Shown: piece after piece, positions 1-8,384 of the stretch | Layout: each line of letters opens with the position of its first letter | Numbering within the stretch: position 1 is the stretch's first letter | Assembly: GCF_000025505.1 (NCBI RefSeq) | Contig: NC_013849.1 | Span: forward strand, 1,320,001-1,352,000 | Length of the DNA: 32,000 nt | Direction: 5' to 3' | DNA from: Ferroglobus placidus DSM 10642 | GTDB taxonomy: Archaea; Halobacteriota; Archaeoglobi; Archaeoglobales; Archaeoglobaceae | Notes under the pieces: generated by a model | What the model was told of the DNA's origin: nothing | Database searches by the model: none | What the model saw: the letters and a program-made list of their open reading frames with translations, nothing else | Made by a program: the position numbers and the translations under genes

Positions 1-220
1 GGAAACTCGATGAAAAGAGGATTGAAAGTGTTGTAGGCTTCGTTAGGCGTTCTTGCCCTAATTTTGGCCTCGATGAAAAGAGGATTGAAAGCTCATCGCC
101 CATCCACCTCCTCATAACCAACTCCGCAATTCCTCGATGAAAAGAGGATTGAAAGCTTCGTGTCCAAGTTGTAGAGCCACAACGCTATCCTGTACCTCTC
201 GATGAAAAGAGGATTGAAAG
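1..220 (+). CRISPR. Partial CRISPR array (trailer end). Four identical 23-nt repeats CTCGATGAAAAGAGGATTGAAAG at 6-28, 69-91, 133-155 and 198-220, with spacers of 40, 41 and 42 nt. The array continues off the left edge.
   Basis: Exact direct repeats recur with a 63-65 nt period and are separated by unrelated spacers. The repeat ends in ATTGAAAG, the 8-nt crRNA 5' handle left by Cas6 processing in many archaeal type I/III systems, so transcription is on the + strand with the leader to the left. Bases immediately 5' of each repeat are not conserved (a/c/c/t). Confidence 0.93.
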
Positions 221-493
221 TCAAATTCGCTCGAGCAAGTCTCCTATGACAACTCCGATGAGGAAAATAACTGCAAAGTACAGTATCACAAAAAGAATCG
301 CAAAAAAGCCGACTCCAGCCAGAAATAGGACTGCCGGGTGAGGGAAGATTAGAAAAGATGCTATCGCCAAAATTATTCCGAGTATTATCGAAAATTTTAA
401 CGCCGCTTTCAAAATACCGAGCAGATCCTCTTTCCCTTTTCTCGAATAACCGTAAATTACGCCGAGGAGGAAGGTTAAAAGTTCCAGAATCAT
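221..493 (-). CDS. Small hydrophobic membrane protein (90 aa, about 3 TM segments), function unknown
   Basis: The ORF is strongly hydrophobic (LLTFLLGVIYG, IILGIILAIASFLIF, FAILFVILYFAVIFLIGVVIG). Its ATG lies 1 nt after the stop of the upstream KaiC-like gene, which suggests an operon. Its stop codon directly abuts the last CRISPR repeat. Confidence 0.6.
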   Translation of the reverse strand: MILELLTFLLGVIYGYSRKGKEDLLGILKAALKFSIILGIILAIASFLIFPHPAVLFLAGVGFFAILFVILYFAVIFLIGVVIGDLLERI

Positions 494-494
494 T

Positions 495-1241
495 TTAGAA
501 TCCCGCGTAAACTTCTTCCCTCGAATGAACGACTATTCCTTCGTCGGTTATGTCGTAGGGGTGAATCTTCTTGCTGTGGTTCGTTCCTCTTAACTTGTAG
601 ATTTCCAAGCTCCTGATTCTAACGTTCTCGCTTCTCGTGTAGTAGAGAACTATCGTTCCCTCCGTAACGAAGTTCTCAACGCCGAATCTACTTATAGCTC
701 CTGATTCGATCACTTCAGCCGTTAAAATCGAAGTCAAACCGAGAACTTCGAGTGTCGTGCTGATTTTGAGAAGTTCTACTCTGAATTTCGCGGGATCGTT
801 TATTGCAAATCCGATGGCTGTTGTCGAATCTAAGGCAGCTCTTCTCGCTCCGATTTCGTCCTGAATCGTGATTATCTGATCTATCAAACTCCTCGTGTCG
901 AAGGGTCTTACGTCTATGTACTTCTCATCGCTCGGCAAACCTATCTTCGTTGATGTAGCGTCGACTATTGCGAGCATGTTTTCGTCTTCGAGCTTTTCCA
1001 AATCCCATCCGAACACTGCAAAGTGCTCTCTCAAGTGCTGCGGTCTTTCTTCGGTTGCAATGAATATCCCGGGCTCGTTGTAAAGAGTGGCGCCGTTTAC
1101 CAAGAATTGCATCGCAAATATCGTCTTTCCCGAGCCTGAAGGTCCGGCTATTAGCACGGTTCGATCTCTTACCAGCCCTCCCTCGCAGAGTTCGTCAAAG
1201 CCCGGAATACCGGTCGGACACCTCTCAAGTTTGATTTTCAT
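495..1241 (-). CDS. KaiC-like / RecA-superfamily ATPase, single domain (about 248 aa from the internal ATG at 1241)
   Basis: MKIKLERCPTGIPGFDELCEGGL is followed by Walker A GPSGSGKT, and a KaiC/RadA-like body follows (LAIVDATS, EIYKLRGTNH). The 14-codon extension in the ORF track is hydrophobic junk. A TATA-like TTTTTATAG (minus sense, about 1263-1272) sits about 27 nt upstream of ATG 1241. Confidence 0.85.
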   Translation of the reverse strand: MKIKLERCPTGIPGFDELCEGGLVRDRTVLIAGPSGSGKTIFAMQFLVNGATLYNEPGIFIATEERPQHLREHFAVFGWDLEKLEDENMLAIVDATSTKIGLPSDEKYIDVRPFDTRSLIDQIITIQDEIGARRAALDSTTAIGFAINDPAKFRVELLKISTTLEVLGLTSILTAEVIESGAISRFGVENFVTEGTIVLYYTRSENVRIRSLEIYKLRGTNHSKKIHPYDITDEGIVVHSREEVYAGF

Positions 1242-1315
1242 ACAGCTGATGATTATCATACTACTATAAAAAGTTAACCTCAAAGCTTAAATTAAATGAG
1301 GATTTATCATAATAC

Positions 1316-2428
1316 ATGAGTAAAATAACCGTCAGCCTGATAAAAGCAGATGTCGGCAGCGTAGCCGGACACACGACTGTTGCTGACGAACTTATTAAAA
1401 TTGCGGAAAACAACCTTTCTGAGGCAAAAGAAAGCGGATTGATAATTGATTTCAGGGTTTTCAAAGCCGGAGACGATTTGGAGCTTTTGATGACCCACAC
1501 GAAGGGCGTGGATAATGAAGAGATCCACAGGCTCGCTTGGGAAACCTTTGAAAAAGCGGCTGAAAAAGCAAAAGAACTAAAGCTTTACGGGGCTGGACAA
1601 GATCTTCTAGCAGACGCATTTAGCGGAAACGTGAGGGGAATGGGTCCCGGAGTGGCGGAAATGGAGTTTACGGAGAGAAAGGCTGAGCCGCTCATAGCGT
1701 TCATGATGGACAAGACTGAGCCGGGAGCGTTCAACCTTCCGATCTTCAGGATTTTCGCAGATCCCTTCAACACCGCTGGATTGGTGATCGATCCGAGCAT
1801 GCATCAGGGCTTCGTCTTCGAAATCTGGGACATAATGGAGCACAAAAGAGTGTTCATGAAAGCTCCGGAAGAGATGTACGACATCCTCGCTTTAATCGGA
1901 GCTAAGAGCAGGTTCGTTATTAAAAGAGTTTATCCCAAGCCCGGCGGAAAACTTCCGGAAGACGAGCCTGTTGCTGTGGTAAGCACGGAGAAGCTTTATC
2001 AAGTAGCCGGAGAGTACGTGGGAAAGGACGACCCGGTAGCTCTCGTCAGAGCTCAAAGCGGTTTACCGGCGGTTGGAGAAGTTCTCGAAGCGTTTGCTTT
2101 CCCACACTTGGTGAGCGGATGGATGCGTGGAAGCCACAACGGTCCGCTAATGCCGGTATCGTTTAAATACGCTAAGTGCACGAGGTTCGACGGTCCGCCG
2201 AGAGTTGTGGCAGCCGGCTTCCAGCTTTCTAATGGAAAGCTTATTGGGCCAGTAGACTTGTTCGACGATCCAGCTTTCGACTACACGAGACAGAAGGCTA
2301 TGGAGATAGCCGAATACATGAGGAGGCACGGACCATTCGAACCGCATAGATTGCCGAGGGAGGAAATGGAGTACACGACTTTGCCGAAAGTCATGGAAAA
2401 ACTCAAAGAAAGATTCGAAGAAATCTAA
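1316..2428 (+). CDS. fbp: Fructose-1,6-bisphosphate aldolase/phosphatase (class V FBPase, bifunctional)
   Basis: The 370-aa protein has the characteristic N-terminus MSKITVSLIKADVGSVAGHT and family-typical length and body (GMGPGVAEMEF, SGWMRGSHNGPLMPV). Confidence 0.93.
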   Translation: MSKITVSLIKADVGSVAGHTTVADELIKIAENNLSEAKESGLIIDFRVFKAGDDLELLMTHTKGVDNEEIHRLAWETFEKAAEKAKELKLYGAGQDLLADAFSGNVRGMGPGVAEMEFTERKAEPLIAFMMDKTEPGAFNLPIFRIFADPFNTAGLVIDPSMHQGFVFEIWDIMEHKRVFMKAPEEMYDILALIGAKSRFVIKRVYPKPGGKLPEDEPVAVVSTEKLYQVAGEYVGKDDPVALVRAQSGLPAVGEVLEAFAFPHLVSGWMRGSHNGPLMPVSFKYAKCTRFDGPPRVVAAGFQLSNGKLIGPVDLFDDPAFDYTRQKAMEIAEYMRRHGPFEPHRLPREEMEYTTLPKVMEKLKERFEEI

Positions 2429-2430
2429 AC

Positions 2431-2440
2431 TTATTTTTTT
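2431..2440 (+). terminator. Oligo-T archaeal terminator after fbp
   Basis: TTATTTTTTT begins 3 nt after the fbp stop codon. Confidence 0.55.
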
Positions 2441-2516
2441 GCAAGAAAAAAGATTATATAACTCTGTTCTCTTAGAATATTGAGCAATACGAAAAAAAGT
2501 AGGAGAGAATAGATGT

Positions 2517-4082
2517 ATGATCTTTGCCGGTAGATATTACTCGCTCCTACAAAAGTACATACCGGAAAGCTGGGAAAATCTTGTAGAAGTTGAGGAAGGG
2601 GAGGAAGAGGCAGTACTCGAAGACTACTGGATTTTCAAACCATTCGTTTACGTGAGAATCGTTGAAGACGAGAGGGGAATTAGGTACAGAATCTTCGAAC
2701 CGAGTTTAACTGCCGAGGAGTACGAACTGCTCGAAGAAATCTATACGAATCTTTACGACATTCTCATTCTGAGGGACTTGAGGATTAGCATTGAGGAAAA
2801 AGCCGAAATTCTGGAAAAAGCTTTTAGAGACGTTCTGGAAATAATCCCCTACGAATTGGATGACGTTTTGATAGCGAAGTACAACTACTATCTCTTCAGG
2901 GACTTTTTGGGATTCGGTCCGATTGATCCTCTCCTCAACGACCCTTACATTGAAGACATAAGCTGCGACGGATACAAAATTCCGGTATACGTCTTTCACA
3001 GAAAGTACGGTCACATTCCGACAGACGTTGTTTTCGCAGAGGCGGAACTTGACAAATACGTCCAGTTTCTCGCTCAAATTTCAGGAAAACACTTGAGTCA
3101 CGGAAACCCGATGATAGACGCTACTCTGCCAGACGGTAGCAGAATTCAGGCAACCTACGGAACGGAAATTACGACGAGAGGGTCTTCCTTCTCGATTAGA
3201 AAGTTCTCAGAAAAACCGCTGATACCCCTCGACTTAATCAGGCTCGGGACGTATTCTGCAGAGCAGATGGCTTACTTCTGGCTATGCGTAGAAAACAAGT
3301 TGAACGTGCTCGTAATCGGAGAGACGGCTGCCGGAAAAACCACGACGCTTAACGCCATTTTGATGTTCCTCCCACCGAACGTCAAGGTGATATCTATAGA
3401 GGACACGAGAGAGATTTCTCTTTATCATGAAAACTGGATTGCCGAAGTGACGAGGGAAGCTGTTACCGAAGATGAGAAAGAAATAACTATGTACGATTTG
3501 TTAAAAGCTGCTCTGAGGCAGCGACCCGATTACATAGTCGTAGGAGAGGTTAGGGGCATCGAAGCTCAAACTCTGTTTCAAGCGATGAGTACCGGACATG
3601 CCGCATATTCGACTCTGCACGCTGGAGACATCCATCAAGCTATTTACAGACTTGAAACCGAGCCGCTTAACGTTCCGAGGAGTTTGATTCAATTCCTCGA
3701 CGTCGTTGCCGTGCAAACCCAGTGGACTAAACAAAAGGTCAGGCTGAGAAGGTGTAAAAAGATGTACGAAATTCTCGGCATAGATCCGAACGATAAAAAC
3801 TTGCTGATAAACGAAATTTTCAGCTGGGATCCGTACTCTGACAAGTTCGTTCAGGTTAATCCGTTGAGAAACCTTGAGAGGATAGCGGTGATTAGAGGGG
3901 AGAGTCCGGAAGACACAATAAGGGAACTTCGTAACAGAGCTGAGTTTTTAAAATACCTCATGAAGAGGGGTGTGGAGGACTACAAAACCTTCACGAGCAT
4001 GATTCATTCTTATTACAAGAGTCCGGAGGAAACTTTCGAAGTCATTTACGAAGAGGGAAAGCTCCATGAGCTCGAAGCTTGA
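2517..4082 (+). CDS. Type II/IV secretion-family ATPase (ArlI/FlaI / PilB / TadA-like), type IV filament assembly ATPase
   Basis: It carries Walker A GETAAGKTTTLNAIL, Walker B/Asp box RQRPDYIVVGEVRG and His box TGHAAYSTLHAG. The 521-aa length fits. An SD-like AGGAGAG lies at 2501-2507 and a TATA-like TTATATA at 2454-2460. Confidence 0.9.
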   Translation: MIFAGRYYSLLQKYIPESWENLVEVEEGEEEAVLEDYWIFKPFVYVRIVEDERGIRYRIFEPSLTAEEYELLEEIYTNLYDILILRDLRISIEEKAEILEKAFRDVLEIIPYELDDVLIAKYNYYLFRDFLGFGPIDPLLNDPYIEDISCDGYKIPVYVFHRKYGHIPTDVVFAEAELDKYVQFLAQISGKHLSHGNPMIDATLPDGSRIQATYGTEITTRGSSFSIRKFSEKPLIPLDLIRLGTYSAEQMAYFWLCVENKLNVLVIGETAAGKTTTLNAILMFLPPNVKVISIEDTREISLYHENWIAEVTREAVTEDEKEITMYDLLKAALRQRPDYIVVGEVRGIEAQTLFQAMSTGHAAYSTLHAGDIHQAIYRLETEPLNVPRSLIQFLDVVAVQTQWTKQKVRLRRCKKMYEILGIDPNDKNLLINEIFSWDPYSDKFVQVNPLRNLERIAVIRGESPEDTIRELRNRAEFLKYLMKRGVEDYKTFTSMIHSYYKSPEETFEVIYEEGKLHELEA

Positions 4083-5970
4083 GCACATATCAATATTTTA
4101 CCCGAAAGTCCTCGCTAAGTACTACTTCAAGAAGTATTTGAAGAATAAAAGCAATTACGAGTGGCTTGAGGGAAGCCTAAGGGCTTCGAGGATTCCGCTG
4201 ACTGTTCCCGAGTTTCTTGCTGTAGTTAATTTCTACACGATCCTCTCAATTCCGTTAGCAATTTTTCTCTCGTACCTATCTTACCTAATTTCCGAAGACG
4301 TTTACGGCTTCGTCGTTAACGTAATTCCCGTTCGCTTAGGAATTCCAAATCCTAAGTTCTTCTTCTCTCTTGGATTAGCGTCTCTCATTGCTTTGCTAAC
4401 GCTGCTCGTTGTGAGGAACATCTTGCTGAGAATACCGTCTTTTATAGCGAGAAGCAGAAAAGCGAAGATCGACGCAACGCTTTATCACGTCGCAAGTTTA
4501 ATGCTCGGAATGGCTAAGGGAGGAACCCCTCTCCTCGAGCTTTTTAGAACTGTAGCAGAGGAAAGGCACGTCACGGGGGAAGTGGGGAAGGAATTTTCGA
4601 TAATAGTCAGGAACGTTACGGTTTTCGGAAAGGACATAATAACTTCGATAAAAGAAGTGGCTGCTACAACTCCCTCTCAAAAATTGAGAGATTTTCTGGA
4701 AGATCTTGCAGGCGTTTTAGAAGGAGGAAGTTCTTTATCTGAATTCTTGGAATTTAAAATAGCTCACCTCGCCGAAGAAAGGGAGAGAGCTTACCAGCTT
4801 TACATAAGCAGTTACGAAATCCTTGCTGAAATATATGTTGCTATGCTCATCGTAGCCCCTCTTTTCTCGCTAATCGTTTTCGTGGTCATGAACATGATAG
4901 GGGAGAGCACGATCAATTTGATGAAGGCGATGGTTTACCTCTACATTCCCATCGGCGGTCTATTCTTCGTATACCTCGTAAAATCGTCAAAACTCTTGGA
5001 AGAGAAAAAATGGAGAGGAGAGAGCGTAGTTGAAGTTTACTTGCACGCCACGGTCAACGGCAAATCTTCGAGGTTAAAGAGGAAGAGCGGAATTGTCGTG
5101 TTCATGAAGAGAGCGTCTAAGTGGTTGGAAAGAGCGATTAAAATGAGGGCTTTTCTGAGGAATCCAAAATTAATTTTCCTTCTTTCGATACCGGCTGCGG
5201 CGGTGTTTGCAGCGGTTTTCTTTAAAGTGATGAAAATGGAAAGCTTGCTTACGTTCTCTTTCGTAATTGCAACTCTTCCTTACGTCCTTCTTTACGAATA
5301 CAGATCCTACAAGCTGAGAAAACTTGAAAAGCACCTTCCGGACTTCTTAAGGGGGTTGGGCAGTTTAAACGAGAGCGGGCTCAATATCGTCACGGCAATA
5401 AAAGTTTTGTCAGCAACTCAGCTCGGAGTTCTTACCGAAGAGGTAAGAAAGATTAGAAAGGATATAGAGTGGGGAAGGCTCGTTACTGAAGCTCTGGAAA
5501 GGTTCGAAGATAGAGTCGGAAGCTCTCTCGTTTCAAAAGTTGTTTCGATAATAAACAAAGCGTTAATGGCTACGAGCAACGTAAAAGCTGCTATATTGGC
5601 TGCCGCAGCGGACGTTGAGTTACTTCTCGACTTCAGAGAGAGGTTGAAGAATGCGATGTTCACGTACATGGTCATAATATACGTTACCTTCGCAGTATTC
5701 CTGTTTACGGTAGTCGTGGTTCTTCAGAACTTCATTTCCGTTTTTTCGAACATCTCTGTGGGGCAAATAACCGGAATATACTTCAACCCTCCAGATCTTG
5801 CGAATCTAACGTCCCTCTTCTATCACGCTTCTCTAATCAACGCCCTCGTTAACGGAATCATAGCTGGAGTTATGAGCGAGGAGAGCGTTTCAGCCGGACT
5901 TAAACATTCAATAATTTTAATGCTTACCAGCCTGCTCGTTTTCGCCTATGTTGTGGGGGTGGGAATATGA
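4066..5970 (+). CDS. FlaJ/ArlJ / TadB-TadC-like polytopic membrane platform protein
   Basis: The 634-aa multi-TM protein overlaps the ATPase gene by 17 nt. It has two cytoplasmic helical T2SS-F-like segments (ATLYHVASLMLGMAKGGTPLLELF and LPDFLRGLGSLNESGLNIVTAIKVL), each followed by TM helices. Confidence 0.85.
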   Translation: MSSKLEHISIFYPKVLAKYYFKKYLKNKSNYEWLEGSLRASRIPLTVPEFLAVVNFYTILSIPLAIFLSYLSYLISEDVYGFVVNVIPVRLGIPNPKFFFSLGLASLIALLTLLVVRNILLRIPSFIARSRKAKIDATLYHVASLMLGMAKGGTPLLELFRTVAEERHVTGEVGKEFSIIVRNVTVFGKDIITSIKEVAATTPSQKLRDFLEDLAGVLEGGSSLSEFLEFKIAHLAEERERAYQLYISSYEILAEIYVAMLIVAPLFSLIVFVVMNMIGESTINLMKAMVYLYIPIGGLFFVYLVKSSKLLEEKKWRGESVVEVYLHATVNGKSSRLKRKSGIVVFMKRASKWLERAIKMRAFLRNPKLIFLLSIPAAAVFAAVFFKVMKMESLLTFSFVIATLPYVLLYEYRSYKLRKLEKHLPDFLRGLGSLNESGLNIVTAIKVLSATQLGVLTEEVRKIRKDIEWGRLVTEALERFEDRVGSSLVSKVVSIINKALMATSNVKAAILAAAADVELLLDFRERLKNAMFTYMVIIYVTFAVFLFTVVVVLQNFISVFSNISVGQITGIYFNPPDLANLTSLFYHASLINALVNGIIAGVMSEESVSAGLKHSIILMLTSLLVFAYVVGVGI

Positions 5971-7274
5971 ACGATAAAGCTCTCTCGCCAGTCTTGGGAT
6001 TCGTGTTAGTTTTCGCGATAATAATTGCCGGAATCGGGATGGTTCAAACGCTTTTCGTTCCGGCATGGATGAAGAGCGAAGAAGCTAAGCATTACTTCAA
6101 ACTCAAGGAAGAGTTTGAAAAATTGGACGATAAAATTATAGAAGCTGGAAACTTCAAATATTCGAGCTTGGACCTTCCCACTACGCTGAGGTACTCGAAA
6201 TATCCGTTTCTCATGACTCCTAATGTCGTTTCAAGCGAAGTGTGGGTTGAGGAAATCGGAAAAATTCGAATATTTGTGAACGGAAGTTCTGAGCCTGTAG
6301 AACTACCTCTAAAACTTATTGGGTTGAGACCGAATTATCTATACTCGCAAATGAACCCGGAAGTTTTCGTTCTGGGCTGTTACTTTTCCCTTGGAGAGAA
6401 AGCATCGTTAATCGAACCTTTCGAAATTGTTTCCGATAACTCAGCTTACATACTCGTTAGCGATTTGGAAAAAGCTGGAGAGCAGATGAGATTCTACGGA
6501 AATCACAGAGCTTATGAAGAAGCTAATTGGGTGAACATTTCCCTTTACCCGGAAAAGCTCGACAAATACGGGGGATTGTTGGAGGAGCTTAAGAAATTGC
6601 TCGATGAACTCAACGTAACATCGAGTGTTGGAAACAACTTCTTAAACTTCAGCACAAAAGATAAAGTTGTTCACCTTTACACAGCTTCAGACTCGGAGGT
6701 TAGGCTTAACGATTTGATAAAGCAAAGTGCCGTTGGAGATGGAGATAGGTTTAAAATAACCCTCGGAAACAGTTCCCACGACTTCTACACTTACAATGAA
6801 ACTGGGCAGCAGCTTAATTATAATGAAACATTCACAGTTAGTAAAAGCAATAACCAAGAATGGCTTGCCGGAGGAACTTTGTACATAACCGGCTACACTC
6901 CTTATTCTAACAGTATAATGAACGTGACGATAGAGTATGTCTATTGTGCTTCTCCAGATAATAATAAAAACGATAAAGAATCTTGTGATGTAGATGAATT
7001 TGATAGAGTAACTGTAAACACTCCGTGGAGAACGTTCAGCGATGGATATTTCCAGTTTCCGGTAACTGTCGCGTTAGCTTACAGAGTTAAAGGAGGGGCG
7101 GATACGCAATTTGGAATGCCTTACTGGATAAACGTGACGATAGAAGACCCTAACGGAGGTAAAACAGTCATTCCGATATTTATCGGAGAAGAAATTCAGC
7201 CCAAGAGTGGCTCTAATAGTAGTAGCTCTAATGAGGAAGAGAGCAAGAAAAAAAAGAGTACGTATAACGACTAA
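5967..7274 (+). CDS. Large pilin-like protein with archaeal class III (type IV prepilin) signal peptide
   Basis: The N-terminus MNDKALSPVLGFVLVFAIIIAGIG fits the K-A/G | L-S-P-V prepilin peptidase site plus a hydrophobic helix. An ATGA overlap links it to the platform gene. About 10 N-X-S/T sequons are present, and the C-terminal tail is low complexity (SGSNSSSSNEEESKKKK). Confidence 0.8.
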   Translation: MNDKALSPVLGFVLVFAIIIAGIGMVQTLFVPAWMKSEEAKHYFKLKEEFEKLDDKIIEAGNFKYSSLDLPTTLRYSKYPFLMTPNVVSSEVWVEEIGKIRIFVNGSSEPVELPLKLIGLRPNYLYSQMNPEVFVLGCYFSLGEKASLIEPFEIVSDNSAYILVSDLEKAGEQMRFYGNHRAYEEANWVNISLYPEKLDKYGGLLEELKKLLDELNVTSSVGNNFLNFSTKDKVVHLYTASDSEVRLNDLIKQSAVGDGDRFKITLGNSSHDFYTYNETGQQLNYNETFTVSKSNNQEWLAGGTLYITGYTPYSNSIMNVTIEYVYCASPDNNKNDKESCDVDEFDRVTVNTPWRTFSDGYFQFPVTVALAYRVKGGADTQFGMPYWINVTIEDPNGGKTVIPIFIGEEIQPKSGSNSSSSNEEESKKKKSTYND

Positions 7275-7293
7275 AATTCTTGTTTAGCAAACC

Positions 7294-7304
7294 TTAAATA
7301 TAAT
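7294..7304 (+). promoter_or_regulatory. TATA-like box upstream of the actin-like gene
   Basis: TTAAATATAAT is centred about 36 nt upstream of ATG 7335, within a 60-nt intergenic gap. This implies a separate transcription start with a short leader. Confidence 0.4.
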
Positions 7305-7334
7305 CCACCAAAAATTTAAACGGGGGTTGCCGTT

Positions 7335-8384
7335 ATGAGCGAGGTGGAAGAGAAGAAGGAAGCCGAAAAAGTGGAAGGTAATGTGGTTCCGATTGGAATG
7401 AAAGTGGGTTCTCAGAGGACCGTTATAGCGAAGGGGGACGAAGTAATCGTTGTGGAGACCTGCATAAAGGAGAAGGAGAATCCGATAACCGGAGAAAAGG
7501 ATTACGTAGTAGGTAACGAAGCGGCTGAGCTTTACGGAGATGAAGCTGTTTACATGCTTCGCGGTGGCTTGCCGGGGAATGAGGAAGAAGCAGAACTCCT
7601 GAAAATTTTCCTGACGAAAATAGCGAAGGCGTATGAAATTCCGGAGAACTCTTACGTCACCTACGGAATTCCGTCGACTGAAACTGAAGAGGGTGTTAAT
7701 TTATTTAAGAAGGTCATAAGTCAGGTTCCAATTGGCTGGGCTGGAAAGGAAGTTTGGAACGACTCGTTTTTAGCTGCTTTAGCGCTTCCCGAAGGTTTGG
7801 GGATGCTCGAAAAAACGTTCATAGTCGTTAACCTCGGCTCTTCAACCACGGATGTCGTGGCTGTTAGGAAGGGAGAGATAGTTTTCAGTATGGTCACCGG
7901 AGAAGTTTCTGGGGACTTAGTTGACAGGTGGATAAAGAACGAGATAATGAATCTCACGAGAGGTGCCGTAAACGTAGATCTGTCTACTGCGAGGGAGTAC
8001 AAGGAGAAGTACGCGAATTTAAAGGAGTGGAAGAGGGTGGAAGAGAAAGTGCAGCTTTTCGAAAAAGGACAGTTCAGCTTCAGGCTCGATGAAGCTGTCA
8101 ACAAACCGGTGGAAAGGTATTTGGACGCTCTCGTAGACTTCATAACCCTCGAATTCCTGCCTTCGTTAGCTGAATTCAACTTCAAAGCTTACAAAGTCCT
8201 GCTCGAATCTGAGTTCATTCTAACCGGAGGCATGGCTGAAATTCCGGGTTTAAAGGAGAAGTTTGCAGCAAAGCTTTCAGAAGCTCTCGGATTTGGAGTT
8301 AAGGTTAGAAGTCCGGAAAATCCGCTAACAGCTTCAGCGAGGGGTGCTTTACTAATTTCGCAACTCAGGGTGAGGAGAGGGTAA
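7335..8384 (+). CDS. Actin-fold protein, MreB/ParM/PilM-like, with substituted catalytic acidic residues
   Basis: By-eye collinearity with MreB: IGMKVGSQRT (phosphate 1), YVTYGIPSTETEE, FIVVNLGSSTTDVVAV (phosphate 2), FILTGGMAEIPGLKEKF (adenosine motif) and NPLTASARGA. Confidence 0.75.
   Translation: MSEVEEKKEAEKVEGNVVPIGMKVGSQRTVIAKGDEVIVVETCIKEKENPITGEKDYVVGNEAAELYGDEAVYMLRGGLPGNEEEAELLKIFLTKIAKAYEIPENSYVTYGIPSTETEEGVNLFKKVISQVPIGWAGKEVWNDSFLAALALPEGLGMLEKTFIVVNLGSSTTDVVAVRKGEIVFSMVTGEVSGDLVDRWIKNEIMNLTRGAVNVDLSTAREYKEKYANLKEWKRVEEKVQLFEKGQFSFRLDEAVNKPVERYLDALVDFITLEFLPSLAEFNFKAYKVLLESEFILTGGMAEIPGLKEKFAAKLSEALGFGVKVRSPENPLTASARGALLISQLRVRRG

Noticed and set aside
253-278. Possible degenerate fifth CRISPR repeat (CTCCGATGAGGAAAATAACTGCAAAG) inside the 3' end of the small membrane-protein gene
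   Set aside because: Only the ends (CTC-GATGA ... AAAG) match; the middle does not. The spacing from the last repeat would be 32 nt rather than 40-42 nt. The segment also codes for a coherent hydrophobic helix. Chance similarity is more likely.
895-1269. Plus-strand ORFs 895-1083 and 1087-1269 antisense to the KaiC-like gene. Similar shadow ORFs include 1264-1528, 1585-1843, 2147-2347, 2706-3077, 3501-3734, 4498-4680, 5418-5675, 7721-8695, 9489-9716, 9972-10247, 10313-10507, 10790-11792, 11963-13030, 13077-13316, 14676-14861, 15643-15849, 16205-16685, 17574-17855, 18437-19602, 20095-20902, 21099-21329, 22321-22663, 23091-23276, 23390-23656, 23985-24212, 24815-25123, 25182-25412, 26037-26267, 26446-26963, 27756-28597, 28833-30302 and 31196-31390.
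   Set aside because: All lie opposite or out of frame within genes that have strong family motifs. Their products are low-complexity (Ser/Leu/Arg-rich) with no recognisable domains, which is typical of antisense shadow ORFs.
1243-1342. C/D-box sRNA-like elements (TGATGA at 1246-1251, CTGA at 1336-1339) in the KaiC/fbp divergent region
   Set aside because: The boxes are about 90 nt apart, far longer than archaeal C/D sRNAs (about 50-60 nt). The D box lies inside the fbp coding sequence. No convincing C'/D' pair or terminal stem is present.
495-4082. Reading the KaiC-like ATPase as ArlH/FlaH, and the nearby ATPase/platform as an archaellum operon
   Set aside because: No archaellin (FlaB/ArlB) or FlaC/D/E/F/G genes are present. 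The KaiC-like gene is on the opposite strand and separated by fbp. The linked secreted protein is a 435-aa pilin-like protein, not an archaellin.
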